DNA of 64,000 nucleotides, from positions 165,206 to 229,205 of the forward strand of contig CAVSPT010000004.1 of assembly GCA_963729855.1 (NCBI GenBank), written 5' to 3'. The notes below the pieces were generated by a model. The model searched no databases. It was not told the origin of the DNA and was given only the letters and a program-made list of their open reading frames with translations. Positions 45,156 to 54,420 of this stretch are shown here, piece after piece (the stretch's first letter is position 1; the number at the start of each line of letters is the position of its first letter). This DNA is from Candidatus Aminicenantes bacterium. GTDB lineage: Bacteria > Acidobacteriota > Aminicenantia > Aminicenantales > UBA4085. The translations under genes were made by a program, and so were the position numbers.

Positions 45156-47390
45156 ATGAAACTTTGGAAAGACCGGGCTCTGCCCCCGATTCTTTTCGGC
45201 ATTTTCGTAGCTTCGGGTTTTTGCGGGCTCCTCTATCAGGTCGTCTGGCTGAGGCTCGCCTTTGCCGCCTTCGGCATCATCACGCCCGTCCTTTCGGTGG
45301 TCATCTCCGTCTTCATGTTCGGCCTGGCGGTCGGTTCCTGGGCCGGCGGCCGGATCGCCGAACGTCTCCCGGCCCCGAAGCGGTTTTCGGCGATCGTGCC
45401 TTACGCCCTGGCCGAGTTGCTGATCGGGATCGGCGGCCTCGTCGTCCCGGCCCTCTTCGCGGCCGGCCAGACGCTGCTGCTGCCCGCCGGACCTTCCGAT
45501 TCGTTCGCTTACATGGCCAGATCCGGCGTCGTCCTGGGCGTTTCCATCCTGCCCTGGTGCGTCTGCATGGGTGCGACCTTTCCCTTGATGATGAAGTTCA
45601 TCAAGCAAATCAACCGGACCCAGACCTCCGGCTTCAGCTTCCTTTATGTGGCCAACGTCATCGGGGCCCTTTGCGGCACGCTCGTGACGGCCGTCGTCCT
45701 GATCGAACGGCTCGGCCTCCACGGAACGCTGAAGGTGGCGGCGACGGTCAATTTTTCGGTCGCCGCCCTGTCCCTGGTCCTCAACGCCCTTTACCTCCCG
45801 CGCCGCGCCGCGCCAGCCGAAGCGGCGGCCCCCGCCGAGTCATCGGGCGCGGTCGGCCGCATCCGGCCGGGCCTGGCCTTCACCGTCCTGTTCATGACCG
45901 GACTTACATCCATGGGCATGGAGGTCGTCTGGACGCGCGCTTTCACCCCCGTGCTTCTGACCTCGATCTATGCCTTCGCCGGAGTCCTGGCCGTCTATCT
46001 TCTGGCGACCTGGTACGGATCGCGGCTCTATCGCAAGCACCTCCGCGCCGGCAGCGTCCGTAGCCTGCCGTCTCTTCTCGCGGCGCTGGCCGTCTTCGTT
46101 TTCCTGCCGATTTTGGCCGGCGATCCCCGTCTGACCGTCCTCAGTGCGCCGATTGCCATCGAGCTGATCCTGGCCGGGATCTTCCCCTTCTGCGCCGCCC
46201 TCGGCTATCTGACGTCCAAGCTGATCGACGAGGTTTCCCAAGGCCAACCCGGCGCGGCCGGCAAAGCCTATGCCGTCAATGCCGCGGGATGCATCCTCGG
46301 GCCGCTGGCCGCCGGATATCTCCTGCTTCCGGCCGCGGGGGTGAGGGTCTCGCTGATTATCCTGGCCTCGCCGTTCCTCCTGGCCTTCGCCCTCGCGGCC
46401 AAGGCCTACAAATCCGTCCGGCCGGCCCGGGCCGCGGCGACGGGAGCGCTGGTCGTCGTCCTGCTGGCCGGATCGTTCGCCTTTTTTATAAGCTATGAGG
46501 ATGCCGGCTTCTTCAAAGGCAGGGTCATCCGCCGCGATGCCACGGCCACGGTCATATCCTTAGGTAAGGGCATGCGCAAACGCCTCCTGGTCAACGGGAT
46601 CAGCATGACCGAGCTGAAGCCGATCACCAAGTATATGGTTCATATTCCCCTGGGGATCCGGGAGAAGAAGCCGGAGTCGGCCCTCATCATCTGCGTCGGC
46701 ATGGGCACGTCCTTCCGGTCGGCGGCGTCCTGGGGGATCCACGTGACGGGCGTCGAGCTCATCCCCAGCGTCAAGGCGGCCTTCAGCTATTACTTCGACG
46801 ACGCCCGGCGGATCCTGCGCAGCCCGAAGAACCGCATCATCATCGACGACGGCCGGCGCTACCTGCGCCGGACGGCGGATCAATACGACCTGATCGCCAT
46901 CGATCCGCCTCCGCCGGTGGAAGCGTCGGGATCGAGCCTTCTCTACTCGCGGGAGTTCTATCGGACGGCCAAGCTGCGTCTCAAACCGGACGGCATTCTC
47001 CAGCAGTGGCTGCCCGACTGGGACGAGGAGACGCTGGGGGCGGTGGCCGAGTCGTTGTGCGCCGAATTCCCCTACGTGCGGGCCTTCCGCTCTTTGGAGC
47101 GGTGGGGGATCCATTTCTTCGCCTCGTCCACGCCCTTGACCATGCCTTCTCCCGAGGCGTTCGCGGCGCGCCTGCCTGTCCTGGCGGCCCGCGATTTCAC
47201 GGAATGGAATCCGGGCGAGACGCCGGCGCAGATGTACATGAACATCGTCTACCGGGAGCTCCGGATCGAGACCATCCTGAAACCCGAATCGGTGCCGCCC
47301 CTGACCGACGACCGGCCGATCAATGAATACTATCTGATCCGCCGGCTCCTTCACGGCACGGACGTCTTCGCCCTGCGGAACGTCCGTTGA
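45156..47390 (+). CDS. Membrane domain fused to a spermidine-synthase-like SAM-binding domain
   Basis: Repeated TM unit 'SGFCGLLYQVVWLR' / 'TGLTSMGMEVVWTR', then 'VGMGTS', 'VELIP', 'DDGRRYL', 'DPPPP' and 'LYSREFY'. Confidence 0.85.
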   Translation: MKLWKDRALPPILFGIFVASGFCGLLYQVVWLRLAFAAFGIITPVLSVVISVFMFGLAVGSWAGGRIAERLPAPKRFSAIVPYALAELLIGIGGLVVPALFAAGQTLLLPAGPSDSFAYMARSGVVLGVSILPWCVCMGATFPLMMKFIKQINRTQTSGFSFLYVANVIGALCGTLVTAVVLIERLGLHGTLKVAATVNFSVAALSLVLNALYLPRRAAPAEAAAPAESSGAVGRIRPGLAFTVLFMTGLTSMGMEVVWTRAFTPVLLTSIYAFAGVLAVYLLATWYGSRLYRKHLRAGSVRSLPSLLAALAVFVFLPILAGDPRLTVLSAPIAIELILAGIFPFCAALGYLTSKLIDEVSQGQPGAAGKAYAVNAAGCILGPLAAGYLLLPAAGVRVSLIILASPFLLAFALAAKAYKSVRPARAAATGALVVVLLAGSFAFFISYEDAGFFKGRVIRRDATATVISLGKGMRKRLLVNGISMTELKPITKYMVHIPLGIREKKPESALIICVGMGTSFRSAASWGIHVTGVELIPSVKAAFSYYFDDARRILRSPKNRIIIDDGRRYLRRTADQYDLIAIDPPPPVEASGSSLLYSREFYRTAKLRLKPDGILQQWLPDWDEETLGAVAESLCAEFPYVRAFRSLERWGIHFFASSTPLTMPSPEAFAARLPVLAARDFTEWNPGETPAQMYMNIVYRELRIETILKPESVPPLTDDRPINEYYLIRRLLHGTDVFALRNVR

Positions 47391-47466
47391 AGGGGGGCGG
47401 GCCCCCGTTTGACAGTTCCGACGGGGCTGTGATATATACTGCGATTCTCCGACCGAAGGATCGAAT

Positions 47467-48345
47467 TTGAGCCTTGCATTCCACCGTCAATCCGCCCCCT
47501 GCCTTCTCTGCGGCTCCGCGGAAACGTCCCGGTCGCGTTCGATCAAGGGCTATGCCATCGTCGATTGCGCCCGCTGCGGCCACCGCTACGTCCAGGACCG
47601 CGTCCGGGAAGACGAGATCATGCGCTATTATCAGCATGATTACTTCCAGCCGGGAGACGATCCGACCAACGGATACGAGGATTATTTCCGGATCCGCAAG
47701 GAGCGGGAGAAGACGTTCCGTCTTTATCTCAAGAAGGCCCTTCGCCACGTCACCCGTTTCCAGGAAGTCCTGGACATCGGCTGCGGCGCGGGCTATTTTC
47801 TGAACGCGGCCAAGCCCCATTTCCATCATCTGACCGGGGTCGATGTTTCTCCGGACGCCCTGGCCCGGGCCGATGCCTCGTACAACCTGATCTGCAGCGA
47901 CTTCCATGCCGGGCTCTTTCCGCCCGGACACGCCGACCTGATCATGCTCTGCGACGTCATCGAGCACGTCTACCATCCCAAGGAATTTATCGGCGAGGTC
48001 CGGAAGGTCCTCCATCCCGAGGGCATCGCCTGCATCGTCACGCCCAACCGCTCCAGCCTCCTGGCCCGCCTGAGCGGAAAGCGCTACGTCTCGTACAAGC
48101 TGCCCGAGCACGTCTCCTACTTCAACCCGCCGACGCTGGCGGCGGCCCTGCGCGAGGCCGGGCTGGAGATGATCGCTTGGCATACCTGCGGCCAATACGC
48201 CACGATCGACTACGTGGGCCGGCGGGTCAGCTCGCTCCTCTTCGGAAAACGCGAGGCGCTGCCCATCCCGCGCTTCCTCGGCGAGAGGACCTTCCACGTC
48301 AATACGGGATCGATGCTTGTCCTGGCCCGGCACATCCGGTCCTGA
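47467..48345 (+). CDS. Class I SAM methyltransferase with an N-terminal Cys knuckle
   Basis: CLLC...CARC, 'LDIGCGAG', 'DVIEHV', 'TPN' and 'PEHVSYF'. TTG start is uncertain. Confidence 0.85.
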   Translation: MSLAFHRQSAPCLLCGSAETSRSRSIKGYAIVDCARCGHRYVQDRVREDEIMRYYQHDYFQPGDDPTNGYEDYFRIRKEREKTFRLYLKKALRHVTRFQEVLDIGCGAGYFLNAAKPHFHHLTGVDVSPDALARADASYNLICSDFHAGLFPPGHADLIMLCDVIEHVYHPKEFIGEVRKVLHPEGIACIVTPNRSSLLARLSGKRYVSYKLPEHVSYFNPPTLAAALREAGLEMIAWHTCGQYATIDYVGRRVSSLLFGKREALPIPRFLGERTFHVNTGSMLVLARHIRS

Positions 48346-48419
48346 CCCCGGCCCCCTTTTTTTCTGTTGTTCCCGGGCGGTTTCTTGTCTAAGATAGGGA
48401 CGCTCACGGGCTCTCTCCC

Positions 48420-50198
48420 ATGAAAAAAAGCATCTTTTCGGCGCTTCGTTTCCTGACTGCGAAGAGCGGCCTGGTCGCCGTATTCACCCTCTTCACCGCC
48501 CTCTTTCAGGTTTTCGTCCTGACCCGGGCCCGGGCCTTCTATCCCGTGTTGCGCCTTCTCTTCGCTTTTCTCGTCCTTCAGCTCCTGGCCGCCTTCGTCC
48601 GGGCGGCGTCCCGCCGCCGGATTCTTTGGCTCGCCGTCATTCTCATCGTCCTGGTCCGGATCCCTTTTTATGTCCATGCCGATGGGGCCATGCTGACTTC
48701 GGACAACGCCCACGAAGCCCTCCAGGGCGTCGAGATGCGCGACAGCCATCTGGCCCCCTACTTCCTCCTCGGGGCGGTCAAGCACATGGGGACGATCAAG
48801 TACATGACCGTCGCCTTTCTCATGGATTTGATCGGCAACCGCTATCTGGCGTTCCTCCTGATCCAGATCCTTCTCTTCATCGTCCTCCTTTTTGTCCTCG
48901 AGGACTTGCTTCGCGAATCGCTCCACCCTCCGGTCCTGTTCATTTTTCTCTTCCTGACCCAGTTCGCCTTCATCGAAACGGTTTTCGATTTTTCCCTGTC
49001 CCTGCGCGGGGCGCCGTACCTGGAGATGCTCTTCTACGTCATCTTGGGAGCGGGCCTGATCGACCGGAGTTTCAAGGCCCGGGGCCGGACCTTCCTGGGC
49101 TATTATTTTTTGTTCTTCTCCATTTATATCCATCCTCTGGGCGCGGTCCTGGTCGGCAGCTTCGGGCTCGTGTTCCTGGTCCTTTCCCTTGTCCGCAAAC
49201 GTTTCTGGGCCGACGCCCTGGCGGCCGCGGCCGGCCTGGCCGCCGGTCTCTGCCATTGGTTCTATTATCTTGCGTTCCTGCCCAAGCCGCTCGCCAGCGG
49301 GGGATGGGAGCAGATGGGGCTGGTGCCGTTGTCGCGGATTTCTTGGGCCTATCTCAAGGACTACGTCCGGATTCTTCATGAGACTTTCCAAAACGTCTTC
49401 AATTTCGAGTTCTCTTATCTCTCCCCGTATTTCAACGCCGGACGGGGCGCCCTGTCCGGATCCGTCGTCAATCAGGCCCTGGTTTGGATCTCCCTGGCCG
49501 TGACCCTGGCGGGGATCGTCCTGGCCGTCCGCAAGATCGTCCGCCTGGTCCTCCGCCGGGACAAGCTGATGGACGGGGACTGGCCCTGGCTCCTGGCCGC
49601 CATATTGGCCGCGGCGTTCGCCGCCAAGGCTTTTCTGTTCTATCCGCCGCATACGGAGCCCCGGCACAATTTCGACCTCGTCTTTCTGATCATCCTCGGC
49701 TATCTGCTCGTCTTCTCGAAGCTGGCCCGGCCGCTCCGGATCCGGTCCCTCATGACCGCGGCCGTCCTGGCGCTGGCCGTGATCGCCGCCCTGCCCCATG
49801 TCTTGACCTTCGACCGGCTGGTCCGGGATAAGGAGCGAGCCTACCATGGCCTCCTCTCCATCCTGGAAAAGGGCCGCGTCCGCTACCTGACCACGGATTT
49901 CATCGTCGCCTACCCGATCTATTTCCTGTCCGGGCGGACGATCCTGGTCTCGGATTCCCTCGGCCCTTTGACGCTTCATAACTTCTATCGGGACATGCGG
50001 GACGAAGTCGACGCCGTGCCCCCCGGCGGCAAAGCCTACATGTTCTTCAGCGAGCGGGCGCCCAACAGGCCTTGGCACAAGGAGGCCACCCGGATTCTTT
50101 TCCGCCGGACGCTGAACGAATTGGCCGCGGACGGAATAACGTTCCGTACCCATAAGCTCGGCAGCTACATCCTGGTCATTCCCCGCCGACGGGACTGA
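48420..50198 (+). CDS. Polytopic membrane protein, GT-C-like glycosyltransferase candidate
   Basis: 'TSDNAHEAL' acidic first loop, more than 10 TM segments, 'PRH' and a C-terminal periplasmic domain. Confidence 0.55.
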   Translation: MKKSIFSALRFLTAKSGLVAVFTLFTALFQVFVLTRARAFYPVLRLLFAFLVLQLLAAFVRAASRRRILWLAVILIVLVRIPFYVHADGAMLTSDNAHEALQGVEMRDSHLAPYFLLGAVKHMGTIKYMTVAFLMDLIGNRYLAFLLIQILLFIVLLFVLEDLLRESLHPPVLFIFLFLTQFAFIETVFDFSLSLRGAPYLEMLFYVILGAGLIDRSFKARGRTFLGYYFLFFSIYIHPLGAVLVGSFGLVFLVLSLVRKRFWADALAAAAGLAAGLCHWFYYLAFLPKPLASGGWEQMGLVPLSRISWAYLKDYVRILHETFQNVFNFEFSYLSPYFNAGRGALSGSVVNQALVWISLAVTLAGIVLAVRKIVRLVLRRDKLMDGDWPWLLAAILAAAFAAKAFLFYPPHTEPRHNFDLVFLIILGYLLVFSKLARPLRIRSLMTAAVLALAVIAALPHVLTFDRLVRDKERAYHGLLSILEKGRVRYLTTDFIVAYPIYFLSGRTILVSDSLGPLTLHNFYRDMRDEVDAVPPGGKAYMFFSERAPNRPWHKEATRILFRRTLNELAADGITFRTHKLGSYILVIPRRRD

Positions 50199-50264
50199 GG
50201 GCGGGATCGATTTCCGGGAGGATCCATGATGAAGGACTCAACGGCCCCGATCAAGGAGGGTCCC

Positions 50265-52757
50265 ATGAACCATCGGCGTTCTTCGTTCGTTCTCGGCATT
50301 CTGATCCTGGCCGCAGCCGTGCTGGCCTTCGGCCAGGCGGACAAAGCCCGCGCCAGGGATTACACCGCCCGGCTCGTCGGCCATGCCCACATCGACCTGA
50401 GCTGGCTGTGGCGCTGGGAAGAGACCGTCCACGACATCGCCGTCCAGACATTCAAGGGGACGCTGGCCCAGATGGAGAAGATGAAGGGGCTGACCTTCGC
50501 CCAGAGCCAGGCCGGCCTTTACGAGGCCGTCGAGCGCGAGTATCCCGCCCTTTTCGCCGCCATCCGGGAAAAGATCAAGGACGGGACCTGGATCCCCGTC
50601 GGAGGCATGTGGGTCGAGCCGGACCTGAACATGCCCGACGGCGAGTCCCTGGCCCGCCAGCTCCTCTACGGGAAGCGCTATTTCCTGGACAGGTTCGGCG
50701 TGGACGTCCAAATCGGCTGGAACCCCGACAGCTTCGGCCACAACGCCCAGCTGCCGCAGATCTACAACAAAGCCGGCATCCGGTATTACGTTCTCGGACG
50801 TTGCGCTCCGGACAATACGCCCGCCTTCCGTTGGAAAGGGCCGGACGGCTCCGAGGTCCTGTGCTACGTCCCTCCGGGCTGGTACAACGTCGGCCTAAAC
50901 GAGGACCTGCGCAAGATCGTCCTGGATGCGGGGAAGAACTCTCCGCTCAAGGACTTCATGATCCTCTACGGCGCGGGCGACCACGGCGGCGGACCGCGCG
51001 ACTCCGATCTCGAGGCCATCCGCCGGATGCGCAAGGACCGGACCCAGCCCCATTTGGAATTCGTCAATCCGAATGAATATTTCCGCATGATCGAGGACCG
51101 GAAATCGGCCCTCCCGATCATCGCCCGCGAGCTGAATTATACATTCCCGGCCTGCTACACCACCCAGGCCGAAACCAAGAAGAACAACCGCCAGATGGAG
51201 TCGCTCCTGACGACGGCGGAGAAATTCTCGGCTCTCGCGGTGACGGGCGGGTACCGCGATTATTACCCCGAGCGCGACTTGGACGAGGCCTGGAAGATCG
51301 TCCTGCGCCATCAGTTCCACGATATCCTGGCCGGTTCAGGCATCGGGCCGGTTTACGACGAGGTCCGCCGCTTCTACCAGGATGCCCGGGGTCGGGGCCA
51401 GCGGGCCCTGGATTTTTCCCTTGAAACAATCAGCAACGCCGTCGACACGCGCGGCGAAGGCGAGCCTCTCCTGGTCTACAATCCGCTGGCCTGGGAGCGC
51501 ACGGATATCGTGTCCATGGCCCTGCCCGGCCCGGCCTCGCCCGCGCCGAAAATCGTGGATGCGCGCGGGACCGCCGTTCCCGCCCAGGTCCTGGCGCCCC
51601 AGGAAAGCGGAAGCCGGGCGCTGGCCCGACTGATCTTCGTCGCCGACCATGTGCCGGCGCTGGGGTACAAGATGTTCAGGCTGCTGAGAACGGGGGAGGC
51701 GGAGATGGCCGCGCCCTCGGACGCCGCGCTCAGGGTCTCTTCCGCGGGGCTGGAGAACGAGTTCCTCCGGATCGGTCTGGATCCGAAAACGGGGTGGATC
51801 ACCAGCCTGTACGACAAAACAGCCGGGCGGGAGCTCCTCCGGGGACCCGCCGTCCTGCAGGCCATCGCGGACGAGCCCGAATCGATGTCGGCCTGGGAGC
51901 TCAAGCTGAAGGACCTCATCGAAACGGTGGGGGAGAAGGGGGCCAGGATCGAAGTGGTCGAATCGGGGCCCGTCCGGGCCGCCGTTCGCGTCCGCTCCAT
52001 GTTTCGGGGATCGGCCTTCACCCAGGACATCGTCCTGCACCGCGGCTTGGCCCGGGTCGATTTCCGGCTGGCTGTCAACTGGCAGGAACGCAACGTGATG
52101 ATCAAGGCCGCCTTCCCTCTGGCCTGGAAGCCCGCGGCCGCCGATTTCGAGACCCCTTACGGCTCCGTGGCCCGGCCGGTCGACGGGACCGAAGTCCCGG
52201 CCCTACGCTGGGTGGATGCCGCCGATCCCTCCGGCCGGTTCGGGATGACGCTGGTCAACGACGGAAAATACGGCTTCGACATGAAGGACAACGTTCTCCG
52301 GATGTCCATCGTCCACGGGGCGACCAACCCCGACCCGGAGGCCGATCGCGGGGTCCAGGAAACCTCTTACGCCCTTGTCCCTCACGAAGGAAGCTGGAAA
52401 GAGGGCCAGGCCTTGCGGCGGGGCTATGAATACAACGCGGCCTTATTGCCGCGTTTGGCCCTCGTCCATCCCGGTCCGCTCCCGGCCGAAAGCGCTTTCA
52501 TCAAGGCCGGTCCGGACAATGTCGTCCTGTCCGCCCTGAAAAAGGAGACCGGCTACTATGAACGGGCCATGATCGTCCGTTTGTACGAGGCCTTCGGGAA
52601 GAAGACCGCCGCGACGCTCGAGCTGCCATGGGAGGTTCGGGCCACGGAGACCGACCTTATCGAGCGGCCTCTCAACAAGCCGCTGGGCGATGGCCGGACG
52701 CTGACGATCCCGCTCGAGCCCTACGAAATCAAGACCATCCGGCTCGAACGGAAATAG
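50265..52757 (+). CDS. Alpha-mannosidase (GH38), secreted
   Basis: 'HAHIDLSWLW', 'WVEPD', 'PDSFGH', 'GDHGGGP' and 'QFHDILAGS'; AAGGAGG RBS before 50265. Confidence 0.92.
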   Translation: MNHRRSSFVLGILILAAAVLAFGQADKARARDYTARLVGHAHIDLSWLWRWEETVHDIAVQTFKGTLAQMEKMKGLTFAQSQAGLYEAVEREYPALFAAIREKIKDGTWIPVGGMWVEPDLNMPDGESLARQLLYGKRYFLDRFGVDVQIGWNPDSFGHNAQLPQIYNKAGIRYYVLGRCAPDNTPAFRWKGPDGSEVLCYVPPGWYNVGLNEDLRKIVLDAGKNSPLKDFMILYGAGDHGGGPRDSDLEAIRRMRKDRTQPHLEFVNPNEYFRMIEDRKSALPIIARELNYTFPACYTTQAETKKNNRQMESLLTTAEKFSALAVTGGYRDYYPERDLDEAWKIVLRHQFHDILAGSGIGPVYDEVRRFYQDARGRGQRALDFSLETISNAVDTRGEGEPLLVYNPLAWERTDIVSMALPGPASPAPKIVDARGTAVPAQVLAPQESGSRALARLIFVADHVPALGYKMFRLLRTGEAEMAAPSDAALRVSSAGLENEFLRIGLDPKTGWITSLYDKTAGRELLRGPAVLQAIADEPESMSAWELKLKDLIETVGEKGARIEVVESGPVRAAVRVRSMFRGSAFTQDIVLHRGLARVDFRLAVNWQERNVMIKAAFPLAWKPAAADFETPYGSVARPVDGTEVPALRWVDAADPSGRFGMTLVNDGKYGFDMKDNVLRMSIVHGATNPDPEADRGVQETSYALVPHEGSWKEGQALRRGYEYNAALLPRLALVHPGPLPAESAFIKAGPDNVVLSALKKETGYYERAMIVRLYEAFGKKTAATLELPWEVRATETDLIERPLNKPLGDGRTLTIPLEPYEIKTIRLERK

Positions 52758-52783
52758 AACGGACGCCGGCGGACGGCCCGCGT

Positions 52784-54319
52784 TCAGCGGGCCTTGGCCT
52801 GTTCGACGAGGATCTGGAGAATCTCCATCTCATCGGCGTCGAACCAGATCCGCTCGCAGGAGAGGCATTTTTCGACCGGGATGAAGTACTGGTAGTTGTA
52901 CGGCCGAGAGGCCAGGCGGTAGCCGCAGGCCGGGCAGACCGGGGCGTCCGTCGCCCGGTCTGATTCCTTCTGCGATTTGAGCGGGTTCCTCTTCAGGTTT
53001 TCGCGGAACTCCCCGGCCTTGCGGACAAGGGCGGGGGAGAAGCCGATCTCGGTCCGGGCCAGGATCCGATCCATGACGTCCTGATCGACGAGCTTGCCCA
53101 GGCACTGGCGGCAGACGCGGACGGGGACGCCCTCGTAGAGCGTGTCGGCCAGCGGAATGCGGCAACGAGGGCAGAGGCCTATGGAGGAGGCGGCGGACCC
53201 GGCCGGCGGACCCGTGGGAGGGGCCGCTCCCCCATGGAGCTCCTCGTACGCCGGAAAGACAAGCTTGGCCCTGTCCCGATCGCGGCGCATCTCTCCGATT
53301 TGAGCGACGATCGCCTCCGGGGTCGTATGGGCCATTTCCGCCAGGACCGCGATCCGGCGCGCGACGGGAGGGTGCGTGCTCGTCCAACGGGCGGCCGTCT
53401 CCGCAGACTCTCCTTTGGCCTTCGGCGGAACGATGAACAGCGGTCCATACGTCCGGTTGAAATCCCCGACGAAGGAATTGTGCACGTCGGCCTTGTAAAT
53501 GGCCCGGGCCAAGGCGGCCGGACTCCGTCCCAGCTCGACGGCGGCGGCGTCGGCCAGGAGCTCACGCTCGCGGCTGACCAGGACACCGAGCATGCGGACC
53601 ACAAACGAGGACAGGGCGGCGAAGGCGGCGACCATCGATCCGCCCGCCTCGGACCGCCTGGATCCGGGGCCGGCGTCCTCCTCGAAATGAGGCTCAAAGA
53701 TCTCCCGGATCCGCTCAAAGAAATTGGCCATGGCGCAGATGAAGGTCAGAAAAAAAGCGTCGCCGCGGGCGATGTGGGCGATCTCGTGGGCGGCCACGGC
53801 CTCCATCTCGTCCGCCGTGAACTCGGCCAACAGGCCTTCGGTGACGGCCACCGCCGGCGTCCCGTCGGCCTCGATGACGGCCAGGGAATTGACCGCCCAA
53901 TCCGGCAGAATATAGGCCTTGACCTTCGGCAGGCCGGCGGCCAGGCGGATCTCCTCGACCGCGTTTTCCAGGGCCATGTGGTAGCGGTCGGACCGGTCCG
54001 GGGGCCGGGCGGACAGGCGTTTAAGAATATACGATCCTCCGAATTTACGGGCGTCGTAATATTGCAGGAGGGCGATGAGGACCGACACGGCGGCGTCGAT
54101 CATCCAAAAATTCGTCCAAAATCCGGGATTATAAAACGGCACCCGCCCGCCCATGGCGCCGACGGCCGTCCAGACGATCAGGATCAATCCACCGAAGGCG
54201 ACGATATAGAAAGCCAGGATAAGGGCGAAAACGGCCAGACTTTTGGCTTCCTGCCGCTTCTGGATCTCGTAGAAGTCGAGGGGAGCGCGGTCCGGACGGG
54301 GATGGGCTCCATCGGTCAT
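52784..54319 (-). CDS. HtpX/M48 membrane zinc protease with two C-terminal zf-TFIIB-like ribbons
   Basis: 'AHEIAH', 'SRERELLAD', 'STHPP', CPRC..CRQC and CPAC..CLSC..WFD. Confidence 0.87.
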   Translation of the reverse strand: MTDGAHPRPDRAPLDFYEIQKRQEAKSLAVFALILAFYIVAFGGLILIVWTAVGAMGGRVPFYNPGFWTNFWMIDAAVSVLIALLQYYDARKFGGSYILKRLSARPPDRSDRYHMALENAVEEIRLAAGLPKVKAYILPDWAVNSLAVIEADGTPAVAVTEGLLAEFTADEMEAVAAHEIAHIARGDAFFLTFICAMANFFERIREIFEPHFEEDAGPGSRRSEAGGSMVAAFAALSSFVVRMLGVLVSRERELLADAAAVELGRSPAALARAIYKADVHNSFVGDFNRTYGPLFIVPPKAKGESAETAARWTSTHPPVARRIAVLAEMAHTTPEAIVAQIGEMRRDRDRAKLVFPAYEELHGGAAPPTGPPAGSAASSIGLCPRCRIPLADTLYEGVPVRVCRQCLGKLVDQDVMDRILARTEIGFSPALVRKAGEFRENLKRNPLKSQKESDRATDAPVCPACGYRLASRPYNYQYFIPVEKCLSCERIWFDADEMEILQILVEQAKAR

Positions 54320-54420
54320 GCCCGTATCGTATTGAAATCCCGGGACCGTGGCAAGCGGACGGCGCTGCGATTGATCCGGGAGGGAGGCTATGATATACCT
54401 GCGAATATTCAGGAGGAACC

